From Botryllus schlosseri (taxonomy: Eukaryota): a stretch of DNA of 64,000 bases. Positions 53,001 through 62,424 of this stretch are shown here, piece by piece. Below the pieces are notes generated by a model that saw nothing but the letters and a program-made list of their open reading frames with translations, was not told the DNA's origin and made no database searches. The number at the start of each line of letters is the position of its first letter. The first letter of the stretch is position 1. Location of the stretch: NCBI GenBank assembly GCA_051294905.1, contig CM119372.1, positions 28,026,001 to 28,090,000 of the forward strand, in the 5' to 3' direction. The position numbers and the translations under genes were made by a program.

Positions 53001-54868
53001 CTCACGAGTGATATTGGTCGCGACAGTAACTTAAATTCGGTGATTTTGAAAAGAGGGGTCCGAGCTAACCTGAAGTCGGCATCGTCTTTACCTCTCGCAT
53101 ACATGTTTATACCGTCACGAGAATAATTATTCTGATCGTGATTCAAATTTACTAACAAGTTGCTGCAGTATTGAACCATTCAGTAAAAAAAATATTTGGC
53201 AAAGAGCCATATCTTATACCCAAAAGAGCCACATATGGCTCGCGAGCCATAGGTTCCCGACCGCTGCACTATATAGATAGCGAACTGCACTGGCTCAACC
53301 AATCAATTGGCAATTTACGGAAATCGTTGTCAAAGGTAAAAGTTGTGCTTGTGTATGTAAACATGCAGATATGTGAGAAATTCAATATTTTTCGGACTGA
53401 AGCTAAAGGCGCGTTACAATACTACTCCCTTGGAAAATGAAGAATAAAATAGAATTAGAAACATTTAATCCGGATCGATGCAAACTTCAACAAGCCGGTT
53501 CAAGAATGCATGCTCATATCCATCAATCCTATATTATAGGCTTACCATATTTCGGAAATGAAAAAAGAGGACACTTTTTCAGAAATTTCAGACATGCAAA
53601 ACTGGAGAAGAATTCTCAAAAACCGGTAAATTTCTCCCACTCCATGATCGGTTGACTAAAAAAAAAAAAAAAAAAAGGTCTTCATTTCGCTGAGAGCTGA
53701 AATCACCGCTTTTCCCTCCGAAAAACACGCCGGAGCTTCACTTCTGCGCTAATTCGCGGCATATCACTCGCTATTTCCTCTAAATCTGACCTAAATTTTC
53801 AAAAAAGAGGACAAAATCTCAAAAAAGAGGACAAAAGGGCGTCCTCCGAGGACACTTTCAAAAAAGTCAAAAAAGAGGACAAATCCTCTTAAAAGAGGAC
53901 GTATGGTAAGCCTACTATATTATATAAACGCATAGTTTTGTACGTACGTACGTTTGTACAATGTACAATTGTACATTAGGGTGGTTCAAAAAAAAAGTTT
54001 TTTTTCCAAATCTCACTCGCCTAGTGACTAAATCGTCAGGTTGTCCAAGAAAACGATGCACACCAAATTTGACTCAATTCCAACCAGTAAAGGCCGTGCA
54101 ATCTTGAACTGAAATTTTTAAATTAATAATAAAAATAAAAAAATAAAAATTCTCAAATTTTTCTGTCAACCCCATGAAATTGTTAAGCTGTCTTCAAAGA
54201 CGATGCAAAACAAATTTTAGTCAATTCTGACTAGTAGAAGCGGAACTATTTGAGTTTTTCGTTGATAATCCCCGATTTTTGAACAACCCTATTGTACATG
54301 CGTGAATGTAAATTGTAGACAGGGCGAGTTGACGAGCTCAAGCGTGACTATTCCGACTTGATATTTTCGAAAGACAATGGGCTATTATTGCATTTTGAAG
54401 AAACGAATCAATTTGTCTCTCAAATATGGTACACGCGTCGCCAGAGGTTCATGTCCACGTTTACGTTCATAGCGAACCTTTTATAGAGGAGTTGTCAGGG
54501 GTTCACACCATCCCCAGCACGTGGGGAAAATTCTACACCACACTCATAGTTCAACAAGTTTGATGCCAAATAGTTAGTTTATAGATTTTAGATTTCGTCA
54601 AGCACAAAGTATACTGTTTCAGTAGATTCCCATCACTTCATGTTACTGAAATTGTTACAACAACGGGGTAGGTTGTCGTGAATCAATGCAGCAGAATATA
54701 ATTTCAAAAATTGCACTCCGAGACTGCACATCTCATGCTGTCTGTGACAAAAATTCGAAAACAAAACTTACGGGCGGGTACCGACTCTGTCGCCGTGTTC
54801 GATTTTTGCGTTGCCCTGATGCTTTTACTTCCCCGCAGGACTTTGAACAACATCGACCTCGACTGCAT
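25831..54868 (-). CDS. Mitochondrial-clan cytochrome P450 (CYP11/24/27-like), 11 coding exons, 495 aa
   Basis: Exons 54772-54868, 51325-51504, 51107-51264, 46977-47102, 42940-43015, 42693-42811, 34474-34601, 30857-31019, 30672-30798, 26094-26202, 25831-26035. All introns are GT-AG and the phases join into one open frame (1488 nt). Motifs: PFDKIPEP, LFRSEGRMPFR, GETWHRLR, VWAFE, GAIEAT, KESNR, VLSGYRIPAG, PERW, FGVGARACPG. Confidence 0.9.
26094..26202 (-). CDS. Mito-clan P450 exon 10 (NMNPDYFEDPHECIPERWL)
   Basis: Acceptor tttttcag, donor AA|gtaaca; PERW motif. Confidence 0.92.
27157..28698 (+). mobile_element. Decayed Chapaev3-like (CMC) DNA transposon
   Basis: Ends CACTGGGCAACA / TGTTGAACGGTG with longer imperfect inverted subtermini and a 3-bp TTA TSD. 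Frameshifted relics VYCRD..EELGIP..SEW, CAILQNGK, LLQYHEHDWIICV resemble Chapaev3 transposases. Confidence 0.75.
28845..30260 (-). mobile_element. tRNA-derived SINE split at its B box by a family B insertion
   Basis: Rejoined, it reads GGAAGCGAGTGGTGCAATTGG...GGTTCGAATCCC...GTCGGAGGTTATATCGGCTC...GCTACAAGTCGGCAG. Confidence 0.78.
28986..30195 (+). mobile_element. Family B element
   Basis: TIR CAGAGGTGGTCA; perfect TSD GATTCGAA. Confidence 0.93.
30672..30798 (-). CDS. Mito-clan P450 exon 9 (K-helix FFKESNRLLP...VLSGYRIPAG)
   Basis: Acceptor ttacag, donor G|gtaaaa; ExxR motif; 58-bp intron to exon 8. Confidence 0.92.
30857..31019 (-). CDS. Mito-clan P450 exon 8 (I-helix LLMDVLLGAIEATANTL)
   Basis: Acceptor tgcag, donor CGG|gtacga; I- and J-helix sequence. 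Confidence 0.9.
31746..33644. mobile_element. hAT-type element (GCCAAAAATAA motifs) with nested inserts
   Basis: Ends CAGGCCGTGTTATTTTTGG / CCAAAAATAACGCACCTG; perfect TSD CTTATAGG. Confidence 0.85.
32630..32828 (-). mobile_element. tRNA-derived SINE with short head, shared-core family
   Basis: A box TAGCGTAGTGG and B box GGTTCGATTCC, directly followed by core GTCGGAGGTTTATCTGGGCTC; 3' limit approximate. Confidence 0.72.
33809..34392 (+). mobile_element. MITE family I (TGTTT/AAACA motifs)
   Basis: TIR TAGGGTTGCATTT / AAACATAACCCTA; perfect TSD ATTGCCCA. Confidence 0.9.
34474..34601 (-). CDS. Mito-clan P450 exon 7 (GLKKCLL...SLLEEIMSIETLTE)
   Basis: Acceptor ctacactgcag, donor GA|gtatgt; phases 0/2 fit. 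Confidence 0.87.
35799..38056 (+). mobile_element. hAT-type element F with (GGAGCC)n repeats
   Basis: TIR CAGGGCTTTGGAGC / GCTCCAAAGACCTG; perfect TSD ATTGTGGC. Confidence 0.93.
37195..37902. mobile_element. Buster-type MITE nested in F
   Basis: Ends CAGAGATGGCCAA / TGCCCACCCCTG; perfect TSD ATATAGAC. Confidence 0.85.
38416..39150. mobile_element. Buster-type MITE related to 37195-37902
   Basis: Ends CAGGGGTGGGCA / TGGCCGCACCTG; degraded TSD atcgatat/atctgtat; shared internal GCAAGGACAGGA..ATTCG and CGTCGACGATCT. Confidence 0.7.
40007..40402 (-). mobile_element. MITE family I, inverted relative to 33809-34392
   Basis: Reverse-complement similarity with an internal deletion; TSD gttacgat/gttgcgat. 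Confidence 0.85.
41318..42385. mobile_element. Buster-type hAT non-autonomous element
   Basis: Ends CAGACCTGGGCAA / TTGCCCACCCCTG; perfect TSD CCCTACAA. Confidence 0.87.
42693..42811 (-). CDS. Mito-clan P450 exon 6 (LLREDVATE...PWRYFLKP)
   Basis: Acceptor tatag, donor |gtgagt; phases 1/0 fit both neighbours. Confidence 0.85.
42940..43015 (-). CDS. Mito-clan P450 exon 5 (IPGYAEALQVWAFEMAGIFIFNTQVG)
   Basis: Acceptor cttcgttcag, donor G|gtaagc; E-helix W-x-x-E motif typical of mitochondrial P450s. Confidence 0.87.
43856..45898 (+). mobile_element. hAT element C (GACTC repeats) with transposase dimerisation-domain relic
   Basis: TIR CAGGGTTGTAA / TTACAACCATG; perfect TSD ACTACATA. Confidence 0.92.
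44181..44572 (+). pseudogene. hAT transposase C-terminal dimerisation domain (ZBED-like), frameshifted
   Basis: YLHFW then, in the next frame, EYPVLFSEVQKCLSIPASSAPVKSVFGRCGFILRPCR...LLSTLVFLKCN. Confidence 0.88.
46977..47102 (-). CDS. Mito-clan P450 exon 4 (LRQPVNRILLKK...RRDENLE)
   Basis: Acceptor ttctttcag, donor |gtttgt; completes the C-helix WHRLR. Confidence 0.87.
47251..49407. mobile_element. Buster-type hAT element hosting the TA-targeting element
   Basis: Ends CAGGGGTTCTCA / TGAGAACCTCTG; perfect TSD GCCTACAC. Confidence 0.88.
47435..48396. mobile_element. Non-autonomous TA-targeting element (Tc1/mariner-pogo-like)
   Basis: Perfect 25-bp TIR GGGGAGATGTGGTACCGATGGATCA flanked by TA on both sides; superfamily inferred from the TA TSD only. 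Confidence 0.9.
49416..50187. mobile_element. Buster-type hAT MITE inserted at the TSD of 47251-49407
   Basis: TIR CAAAGGTGTCAAAC / GTTTGACACCTCTG; TSD gcctacac/gcctacat. Confidence 0.87.
50246..50958. mobile_element. Buster-type hAT MITE
   Basis: TIR CAGTGGTTCCCAACC / GGTTGGGAAACACTG; perfect TSD CGCTAAAA. Confidence 0.92.
51107..51264 (-). CDS. Mito-clan P450 exon 3 (WVFCRT...LFRSEGRMPFR...GETWHR)
   Basis: Acceptor tttttaag, donor |gtacga; 60-bp intron to exon 2. Confidence 0.88.
51325..51504 (-). CDS. Mito-clan P450 exon 2 (DIYNPLPFDKIPEPTGLP...KERIGLK)
   Basis: Acceptor tttcag with an in-frame stop just upstream; donor T|gtaaga; proline-rich P450 hinge. Confidence 0.88.
52049..53266. 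mobile_element. Buster-type element nested in J
   Basis: TIR CAGCGGTCGG(A/G)AACC; perfect TSD CACTATAT. Confidence 0.9.
53537..53914 (+). mobile_element. MITE family D nested in J
   Basis: Perfect TIR TAGGCTTACCATA; perfect TSD CTATATTA. Confidence 0.93.
53977..54291. mobile_element. hATm-like MITE nested in J
   Basis: TIR TAGGGT(G/T)GTTCAAAAA; perfect TSD TTGTACAT; internal direct duplication. Confidence 0.85.
54772..54868 (-). CDS. Mito-clan P450 exon 1 (presequence MQSRSMLFKVLRGSKSIRATQKSNTATESVPA)
   Basis: ATG at 54868, donor C|gtaagt, and phase 1 matches exon 2. Arg/Lys/Ser-rich with no acidic residue in the first 27 aa. Confidence 0.75.
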
Positions 54869-56516
54869 TGTTAACGACTGATGGAAGTACTGGCTATTAC
54901 CTGGAGCAGAGTATTGTACTGGTCATCTATCTTGATCAAAGATTTGAACATAATCATCAGACCAAAATAAGACATAGTCACACCTGCTGACTAACATAGC
55001 TTATGTTCCTGTCTCACTCTGCCCCTATGATAGGCTTAAACTACAAAAGTGTACCAATTATACGGATATTATGCATCGCATGAACATACCTTTGACGTAT
55101 ATCCAATTTGATAATATATATAAATTATATATTCATGAATAAACAGTCCGTGATGGTAATGCATTTTCGGCCTGCTACATTGCGGTGACTTGGCGTTTTT
55201 TGAAATTACGTTTTTCGCTGGTCAAAAAGTCGTTGACTGCTTAACCTATCGACCTAAAAAATACTCAAAACTCGCATATATCCTCATGCGAAGCCGTGGA
55301 GCGTTGAAAGACTTCTACTCATCAATACTTTCATGTTTATCATAAGAAGCAACATTCGAGCCCAAAAACGCACTGCCGTACGAGTAGTCCCGCGAGTCTG
55401 CGTATTCATGAACCCGACGAACGATTTTCCCGTGATTATAATATCCGACAAAAGTACTATAAAGCGAGCGGGCAGGACGGCAACGACTACCGCTTTGTTA
55501 CAATTAAGATTTCTATCGTAACAATATGGTTGGATATGCAACCGTATAAGGTCATATAAGAATTTTAGATAGAATGGTAAATGGTGCACAAAAATGTGTA
55601 TGTTGGTCGTTACAGATGGGATGATAAAAATTTCAAATCCAAATTCTGGTCCAGATTCCAGCTTCAAACCGAGTTTGAATTGAAATCCTTGGGATATTTG
55701 ATACATAGTCGTCGAACACTGCCATAGATGTATATCAGTACAAAGGTCACTTCCAAATCAAATCTAGTCCAGTCGGAATTAGGTTCTGAATGATCGCTTC
55801 TGTTTACCAGGAATTGGCTTTTGTACAAACAATTTCAATAACAATACAGAGCTATACCACTAGGCGCATCACTATAACTCTACTACTCAACAAATCATGG
55901 GTTCATAATGCTGATACTGCAGCAATGTATACATTTCTTCAGAGATTAAACCATCAATAAAAGCCAGCACCAGCATCCTAGGTTCATGCCCTATATGACA
56001 TTTAATTGTTCAAATACGCGGCTCCTCGCTGTATTTTATTTATCTTCATTGAATTTTAATAGCGTTCGCAGAACATCATACTGCGAGGTACGGACAATGA
56101 AGTTTATTTAACCTGACGCTTGTTAAGTACACGAACTTGTCGAAACAACTAAAGTTCATCGCGTAGAGATCGGAAAGTAAATGACGCTTCAGGCTACGCT
56201 CGAACAGTTACGTAGTTAATAATAGTCCATTTTAGAGCACGATGCTTATCACCACTCACCAGCAATCGTAAGTTTGTACTTTTCCAGAGACAGCATTGGC
56301 ATTTTACGGCTGGGTCAAAAACATGAGATATGTAAACACAAGAATAGCGATTCTCACGCTTCATACAAATCATTTAACCTACGCAAGGCGGAGCGATTGG
56401 TTCCTCGCCGAAAAATGAATATGAAACACGCCATACCAATCAAAGTATAACAGTCAGAGATAAGTTTGTTGATTTGGGAATACACCCGATCTATTATATT
56501 CTGTATCACTATTTTG

Positions 56517-56760
56517 CATTATGTCAGCTAAACGAAATGCGGGTGAAATGTGCTTTGAAAATAGTATGAGCAAGCGACCAAAACTGGAATGCCGTTGACA
56601 GAGCTGTCGTCACCGAACCGTGCTGTAACGGATCTTGCCATTATGTCAGCTAAACGAAATGCGGGTGAAATGTGCTTTGAAAATAGTATGAGCAAGCGAC
56701 CAAAACTGGAATGCCGATGACAGAGCTGTCGTTACCGAACCGTGCTGTAACGGATCTTGC
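56517..56760. repeat. Tandem duplication, 2 x 122 bp
   Basis: Units start at 56517 and 56639; two substitutions seen between them. Confidence 0.95.
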
Positions 56761-56981
56761 ATGAATGTGCAAATGTGAGCGACTCGAGGATTTACCATAG
56801 TCTTTGAGGCTCTTATTCAATTGTTGTTATTTTCGCACGCGCCCACGCTAGACCATAAACCGTCAAGTAGCTAAATCGCCAGACGGAGACGGACATAAAT
56901 GCCGTCTGTAAGAACGGGGAGTGCGAGGAAGGGATAACGTTGTTCTGTAACAGGTTTCTGGAACCCTTTTCGTCAAAAGAG

Positions 56982-58272
56982 CAGAGGTGGTGAGTAACGA
57001 AGTACTTCTACTTTTTAGAAGTACTCAAGTAGTTTTCCTCTACTTCCAGTACTTACTCAAGTAGATCTGATTTTATCTACTTCTACTTCTACTTCGTAAT
57101 ATTTTGTGATCTACTTACTTACTTTTCGCTATTTTCAGTTTGTCAAGTAGAAGTAGTTTAATCCCCCAATATGTAAGATAGCCTGAGGAATTTCTGGGCT
57201 GTTTTCACGGAGTACCAACGTTTAATATTCATAAAAGTCAAGTAAAGCCAAGAAATTTTGTTGCGCTTCGCACACAGTAGTTTTGAAGTGATATATATGT
57301 TTTCACGAAAGTATCAGTGAATATAATTTAGGTACCAGATTGCTTATGGTTCCGCTCACACCACATTGTCGCCCATGTCAAATATTTCATCACAGTAAAT
57401 ATGGCTTATCATTACGTTTGAAACTACCGTTTCGCAATCTGGCAATTACCTATCATATCGTTATCCAGCAGCCCATGACGTGACCTGCTAATCATTAAGT
57501 CCAGGTTTTTTTAACGTAACACCTGTTTTGGCAGATCACCTTTGAAGCTTTATGACATGAAATATATTTTCCGCTTTTTAGAGGTAGTATTTGTATTTTT
57601 CTTTGAATTCCGAGTATGATTCTCGGAGTATCATACTTTGAGCTCTAATTAATTTCAATTCTTTTGTCTGCAGATCATACATGCTGAAGCATAAAAGCAA
57701 GTGTAGTAATGCCTCTATTTTCAGAAAATAAAGCAACACTAAATATAAATTTTACGATCCACAATATTTTCTATTAACGTATACTAATCGCGCAAAGTGT
57801 TGAAACCGTATCCGATACAACTTCTCCGTTTTGCTCTTCGCCTAAACTAGTGGCCTTATAATATGGGGTAGGGCGCCATGCCATGATATTCTCTAAAACG
57901 GGGTCTTCTAGTAAACAAAGAGTTCGTATCGCATTTTCATATCAATACTATAATTAGCATCCCATGATGCGAAAGAATGCTTATTCTGTCGAAAATTGAT
58001 ACCTCCTGGAATGCATCAATACGAATCAAGCTCTCTGCATCTTCCGATTAGCTCAACTTGCAGCTTTTGACAGTCCATGCGAACGAATTAAGACTGTTTT
58101 CAAAACTACTTACTTACTTGAGTAGATCTAAAGTCAGTCAATTCTACTTCCACCTCAAGTAGTTTTAGATGGCTTACGGAAGAACTACTTCTACTTGTAC
58201 TTGAGTAGATTTTTTTCGTCGCTACTTCTACTTCTACTTGGGTAGCTTTCTTGACTACTTTGACCACCTCTG
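56982..58272 (-). mobile_element. Family B element, inverted orientation
   Basis: TIR CAGAGGTGGT; perfect TSD CAAAAGAG; inserted into the end of an element resembling 52049. Confidence 0.93.
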
Positions 58273-59208
58273 CAAAAGAGCCATATTGACACAAAATTTC
58301 CAATTGTAATTCCCAAGGAACCAATAACCATACAACGACGTCAACTAACTGGCGCGTCACAATGGGAGATTCCTGACCTCGTGTCGCCACCAAATCTAAC
58401 TTCGCTACATGGGATTCGTCATGTGACGTTATAACACCCGCCCTAATCAGGTCGGTTGTATGGTATTTAATCAAGTGACACTTTATAATATAGATTAGCT
58501 ACATGCATTTGCAAGCCACAGCTACATATTTATATGATATTTTTCGAAACTTGAGCAATTAACGCGTACATTTTGAAGCAAAACCAACATTATGGTCATT
58601 TTAAAAGGACGGGGTTTCGCGTTTCAAAAGGGGGGGTTTCAACCCCCAAACCCCTTCCCCTGGCTACGCGCCTGGAACGTACCACTACGCTATCACGTCA
58701 TATCTTGTAAAATTGGACCGTTGTCACGAATTTGGTGTGGCAATTGAATTTCGCGTGGAAAATTGTGTTTGTTTTAGAACTAATCCGAAACTTTTTACCT
58801 CCATAGATTGTGTATGATAAAAAGAGATCAGAATTCATTCTAGAGGAATTAATTCCAGAGCCACTCACCACGAAGGAGGATTTAAAAAAGTTTGATGACA
58901 AATTGAATGAAAGCAAAAACCTCAGCAAGAGATGTGGTATGTAGAATCTATCTGTTTTATTATATTTTTAGAAATTTAGTCAGTCAAAGTTGACGACCGT
59001 ATTGCTTGGATCATTTTTAGGCTTGTTTTAGCATCTTTGAGATGCAACAGGGCTTTGAATGTGTACGGTCATGAACAGTCAACTAATTCTGTTCCTATAT
59101 TGACATTTCTGACATTTGCACTCCGTACCGTGGCGGCGATAATATTGGTCAGTCAGCAAAAAGCATCATGAAGAAAGTTGCCAGTGCTAGTGTCTGGTGT
59201 AATTATAG

Positions 59209-60148
59209 CAGTGTTGGGATCAAGTCACTACCTCCGAGTCACGAGTCATTTCGAGTCATTGCACATTTTGACTCGAGTCAAGTCAAGTCAATCGGTTTTC
59301 GAAGGTGACTCGAGTCAAGTCAAGTCACTCGATTTTTGGAGGTGACTCGAGTCAAGTCGAGTCAAGTCAAGTCAAGTCACGAGTCAAGTCAAAATTCAAG
59401 TCAAGTTGCCTTTTCGTAGTATGAGGCATGATTACGTCATTACATTTTGCTAGCTGTCTGAAATACAGATTGAGTGGTCATTGATTTTGAACCGATGAAC
59501 GAATATAGAGTTGAATATACACCCAAGAAGGCGCTGTATTGCTCACATATACGTAGCCTCAGTTTATAGTTACCAACCAACATAGAGAATAGAGAAAGGA
59601 ATTGATAAGATGTAATACATTACCCTTTACCCATTTACATATTGATATGATACAATTCGAGCCTGCTCCAATGGTTGAGGAGTATACAAACTATATTCGA
59701 ATTCAAAATAATAAAAAAACAAAAGGTTTGGTTAAGGTAGGCTAGATAATTTTCTATTATATTACATTACTACTAGTTTACGACAACGTAAGCTGAAAGC
59801 TTCGATTTCTTCGTTTGTGGTCAATTCATTTGTGAGATAACAATGGAGGCTCAGTAAAACGCACGATCATTGAATGATTGGTCGCTCTCACGGGTTACAC
59901 CAGCGTTTCACGAACAATCCGAACATATGCAAGATACAGTGATTTTTATCGACACCGATTATAATTGATGACTTGAAATTGACTCGTGAATTTTGCTCCG
60001 AGTCACGAGTCAATCCACATTTCTGATACGCCGAGTCAAGTCAAGTCAAGTCATTTTAGCAAAGTGACTCGAGTCAAGTCAAGTCATGCGAAAAAGGTGA
60101 CTCGAGTCTGACTCGAGTCAAGTCATGACTCGAGTCATCCCAACACTG
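59209..60148 (+). mobile_element. Family A element
   Basis: Perfect TIR CAGTGTTGGGAT; perfect TSD AATTATAG. Confidence 0.94.
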
Positions 60149-60302
60149 AATTATAGCAGAGTCGGAAAGAATGGGAAAGACGCTTTCATCAACCTCCATT
60201 TGAACAAGATCACATATAGTAAGAGACGTTCATGATATGCTGCAAATGTGATTGTGTTCATTGTCTATTCACCCCACTCATTTATCTGTTGAGGATTCAT
60301 GT

Positions 60303-60836
60303 CAGGGTTGTAACCAAGTCACAGAGCTCCAAGTCACAAGTCAATCTCACTCTTATAGTTTTGACTGGAGACAAGTCGAGTTATTTTCAATTCACCACCG
60401 AGTCAAGTCCGAGTCCAAGTCATCGATCAGAGGTCCCGGTCATGGTATTATGACTCGAGTCAGAGTCCAAGTCATGGTGTTGGCTGCTCAGTTTCCAGTT
60501 AAAGTCTTGTTAAACGAGCTTTTTATAACTTTTTTTGTGACATCGAATGGTTCTCATTTATAATATACTGATTTTCCTCACTTTTAGCAGTTTCTAGTCG
60601 CATTTTCAAATACCAGTACCAATAGACGAAATCCCAATAGCGTGTTTACTTTACTATTCTTCGAAATCACCTTGAAATGTCGGTCTTGGCCGTCCGAGTC
60701 TCGAGTCATATGACTTGGTTCGAGTCATGCGCAATGACTCGAGTCCAAGTCGAGTCAATACACAGATTGACTAGAGTCGAGTCATTTCCGTATTTTGAGA
60801 AAATGACTTGAGTCAAGTCGAGTCACCAGAAAATCG
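60303..60836 (-). mobile_element. Element C short derivative (one terminus lost)
   Basis: Starts CAGGGTTGTAACCAAGTCAC; both subterminal blocks match the reverse complement of 43856-45898. Confidence 0.82.
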
Positions 60837-62424
60837 CTACCGTTGCTATATGATGCATTGTTGATATGTTCTGGCTCATTGATGTTATTTATGAATTCGA
60901 CATCATTGTGTCATAATTCTCCATTTGGTTTTCAATTCAACTGTGTTTTGTTTCCTCTGTCGTGCCCGTAGCTCTTGGATAACTGGCACGCGAAAAGTTC
61001 TTAAGGTTTCAAAAAATATTTATAATTAAGGTAATGGAATATTGATTTAATATTCTTGATGCTAACGCTTCCAAAAATCGTTTTAGGATACGAATGAAAA
61101 AGGCTATTCATGTTATTGGGGAAGCTCTGCGGCACTTCCCAAGTCAGAAAGGGGGATGCCGATGAAGGTAGGATTTACACTGAAACACTTTATATCATAG
61201 GCCAGTGGTTCTCAACATTTTTGTCTTGGTGGACCCCTTATGCACCCCCATCTGCCTTGTGGAAATTTTTGCTGCAGGGTACTGATGAACAGCGATAAAA
61301 TGACTATTCTTCAAATTAACATCATGCTATTTATGTAGAAATTTGAAACACTTTTATAATTTTAAAGCGAATTCTGTAGCTGCATTTCTTGAAATACGCG
61401 GTCGAGTCTTAAAATTCCGCGTAGTCGATTTGATATGAACCAGTACCGAAAATCCATTCCCACGAAGATGGTGGCGAATATAACAATAACGTGTAACGCT
61501 TCCGACGACACCTTCAGGTATGATGGGTTAGTAAAGGTGATCACGGCGCAATGTAAGCACTGGGCCGTCTAAGAAATAGAGATACGTTGATATGAGATTA
61601 ATTTACTGCTACTACGACAACGTAAGCTGTGACAGGGATGCCACTGGGATATTTCGGAAAAACCCAGATGTGAACGCTACATAACCCCAGAAAACCGAGA
61701 TCCTATATTTCACACAAATTTATAGGCGAAAGCTGAGGAAATGGAAACTGACAGTCATTAATTTCAGTCATATTGACATAGAACTAAGTTTTAGCCCTTG
61801 ATATTGAAATTATGACAGTTCTTACTATACGTTTTGCTCGTTTAACAATGCAAATCCAGTAAAAAATATATGTTGTTTTCTTTTTGACGCATTGCCAAGA
61901 AAATAAGTGGTGCTCGTCGCTCCAAAAGCTCGTGTGATAAATAAATTATTACTTTGCAAATGGCGTTAAATAAGCTGTAAAAGCAACCACGGTCTTATTT
62001 TATTCATTGATACTAGCAGTCATGTAAAGAATCGATTTAGGTTGTAAGAAAACGGTTCCGATTAGTTTTACTGCGCACATGATTTTCTGTGAGCTGGAAG
62101 TTGGGATTCAATAAAGCTCCATGAAATCATGTCAAGGCCTTACATTTTAGTAGTGAAACCGTTTCTGAAGACTCTGCCGTTACAATACGACAAAACCTCT
62201 CGTCAATACAGCAATCAAGCAGTCAATCGACAACTGAAGCTCCTGCATTTTTCGATATTACGATCTTACTATCTAACATAATTTATTTTCGAACATAAAA
62301 TTAACTTGACGAACATGATGCTGAAATGAAAAACAGATTTCAAGGACAAAAACCCCAAAACCCAGGTGATGCTAGAAAACCCCAGATCCGGGTGGGAACA
62401 CCAAGGAGGGGCATGTCTGAGCTG

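Larger units (their letters stand above)
51659..54516. mobile_element. hAT-type element J (GTGAAC/GTTCGC motifs) filling most of intron 1
   Basis: TIR TGGGGATGGTG(C/T)GAAC; perfect TSD GCACGTGG; a related orphan end lies at ~445-535. Confidence 0.9.

Noticed and set aside
55284..55706. 140-aa minus-strand ORF upstream of the mitochondrial P450
   Set aside because: No recognisable motif, and it is not needed for the gene model because exon 1 has its own ATG and presequence.
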